A stretch of DNA of 64,000 nt from Methanobacteriota archaeon (lineage in GTDB: Archaea; Halobacteriota; Bog-38; Methanoflorentales; Methanoflorentaceae). A program made the translations under genes and the position numbers. The notes under the pieces were generated by a model, which was not told the origin of the DNA, ran no database searches, and worked only from the letters and a program-made list of their open reading frames with translations. The stretch lies in contig CAVRAO010000002.1 of assembly GCA_963719035.1 (NCBI GenBank), positions 426,846-490,845 of the forward strand, written 5' to 3'. How positions within the stretch are numbered: position 1 is the first letter of the stretch; every line of letters starts with the position of its first letter. This document shows, in pieces, positions 62,945 to 64,000 of the stretch.

Positions 62945-63697
62945 TTATTTCACCAGCCTCGTATCAACTAAAAAGTCAACTAGTTCACTCGTAGGTTCAA
63001 AATGTGTAATATAAAAAGCTTATTATTTCGTTCGATTATCAAAGCCATTTTGTCGCTTTAAACCTACCCATCACTTCGTTTAGCGCATCGACAAACGGCG
63101 TTCGCCGTTCCTCGTACGCTAGCATTCATATATTATTTAGTCTGATTATATATTATTTACTTCAATAAATCAAATTCTCGCGTAAGTTTATACCTTTCAA
63201 AACTAGCGAATTAGCAAGATTTTTTAGGCATAAACTGCGTGTATTATTTTTAAAAATATACATATATATATTTGTCATTTGAAGATGATAAAGCTGCTGG
63301 CAACGTCACCAACCCAGCAGCTAGTCACGTTCGTTTAACGATAAAGCGTCGAACTCGCGCGCCAAACGGGAAGTCTGTACGGTTTCAGCCCTTCCAGCGC
63401 GTTTAAAGAGCCAAGAATATCTCGCGTTCAAATAGAGCTATAACAATTTTATATATTAGTAATTTCATATAAATACCTAGTTAGAATTGATAGCAGTTTT
63501 GGCACTTCGGTGTAGAATATTTTTGAATTGAACTTCTTTATAACATCTGTTCAAAATATTTTATATAGAGGGAGCCAAAATACAAGTGGGTCAAGAGTGT
63601 GAGGCAATTTTGCATATCTCCGAGAGGTCATGGCTTATGTGACATTCTAATTGACTCTCACTGCTTTTCCAGATTTTAGACACGAGGTGACTCATAA
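62945..63697. promoter_or_regulatory. AT-rich divergent intergenic region likely holding archaeal TATA/BRE promoters for the fwd-hdr operon (-) and the mvhG-like gene (+)
   Basis: Very AT-rich; TATA-like tttatatta (minus sense) ~70 nt upstream of fwdG ATG; SD-like gaggtga 7-13 nt before the 63698 ATG. Confidence 0.3.
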
Positions 63698-64000
63698 ATG
63701 GGAGATAAGGTAAAGGTCCAAGAAGACTGGCTAGCTGTTTGTTCTGGTTGCGAAATAGCCGTTCTAGATCTGCACGAAGCGCTTCTAGATGTGCTGCAAG
63801 CAATAGAGTTCGTTCGCATTCCAGTTTTAATGGATATTAAGGACTTTGATCAACATACTACGGTCGGCATACTGACTGGTGGCATTCGCAATGAAGACAA
63901 CTTGCACGTTGCTCAGAAAGTTCGCGAGACTTCAGACATCGTAGTTGCGCTCGGCAGTTGCGCGGCGTTCGGTGGCGTTCCAGGTTTGAACAACATCAAC
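63698..64000 (+). CDS. mvhG: [NiFe]-hydrogenase small subunit, MvhG-like (partial, runs off window)
   Basis: Open frame: MGDKVKVQEDWLAVCSGCEIAVLDLHEALLDVL…GGIRNEDNL…ALGSCAAFGGVPGL, like MvhG/Vhu small-subunit N-termini; not in the supplied ORF track because there is no stop inside the window. Confidence 0.6.
   Translation, partial: MGDKVKVQEDWLAVCSGCEIAVLDLHEALLDVLQAIEFVRIPVLMDIKDFDQHTTVGILTGGIRNEDNLHVAQKVRETSDIVVALGSCAAFGGVPGLNNIN

Noticed and set aside
1-64000. CRISPR arrays / cas genes
   Set aside because: No regularly spaced short direct repeats were seen. The only long repeats are the 72-bp pair and the degenerate att-like pair.

Overview
This is archaeal chromosomal DNA. It carries an intron-containing tRNA, the archaeal thiolase/HMG-CoA synthase/DUF35 trio with a class-I HMG-CoA reductase, an Hjc-like nuclease, an Lhr helicase and pyruvoyl-dependent arginine decarboxylase. 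It also carries methanogen-type C1 and energy genes. Core content: hdrCBA at the left edge, with HdrA fused to an MvhD domain, followed by a COG1900-ferredoxin protein. Then come two tRNAs (Pro-GGG; Thr-GGT with a canonical 37/38 intron), the mevalonate block, porGD(fused)AB, thrC, an alaS broken into three ORFs, pdxS, an Lhr helicase, mer, and assorted housekeeping and membrane genes. The right end holds a long minus-strand operon, fwdG-polyferredoxin(fwdF)-hdrC-hdrB-hdrA(frameshifted)-mvhD-fwdD-fwdB-fwdA-fwdC. A divergent, partial mvhG-like [NiFe]-hydrogenase small subunit runs off the window end. Accessory content: (i) a ~9 kb minus-strand carotenoid island, consisting of a GT1 glycosyltransferase, UbiA-type prenyltransferase, phytoene synthase, phytoene desaturase, flavodoxin and a second CrtD/CrtI-family desaturase. 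The island is interrupted by tyrosine-integrase remnants and degenerate tRNA-derived att-like repeats, and abuts a 5'-truncated ABC-2 permease. (ii) A ~3.1 kb insertion bounded by perfect 72-bp direct repeats that duplicate the 3' end of a RecJ-like DHH phosphoesterase gene. Its cargo ORFs are mostly frameshifted and no integrase is recognisable. Three single-nucleotide frameshifts (alaS twice, hdrA once) suggest either assembly indel errors or genuine pseudogenisation. No CRISPR array was seen.
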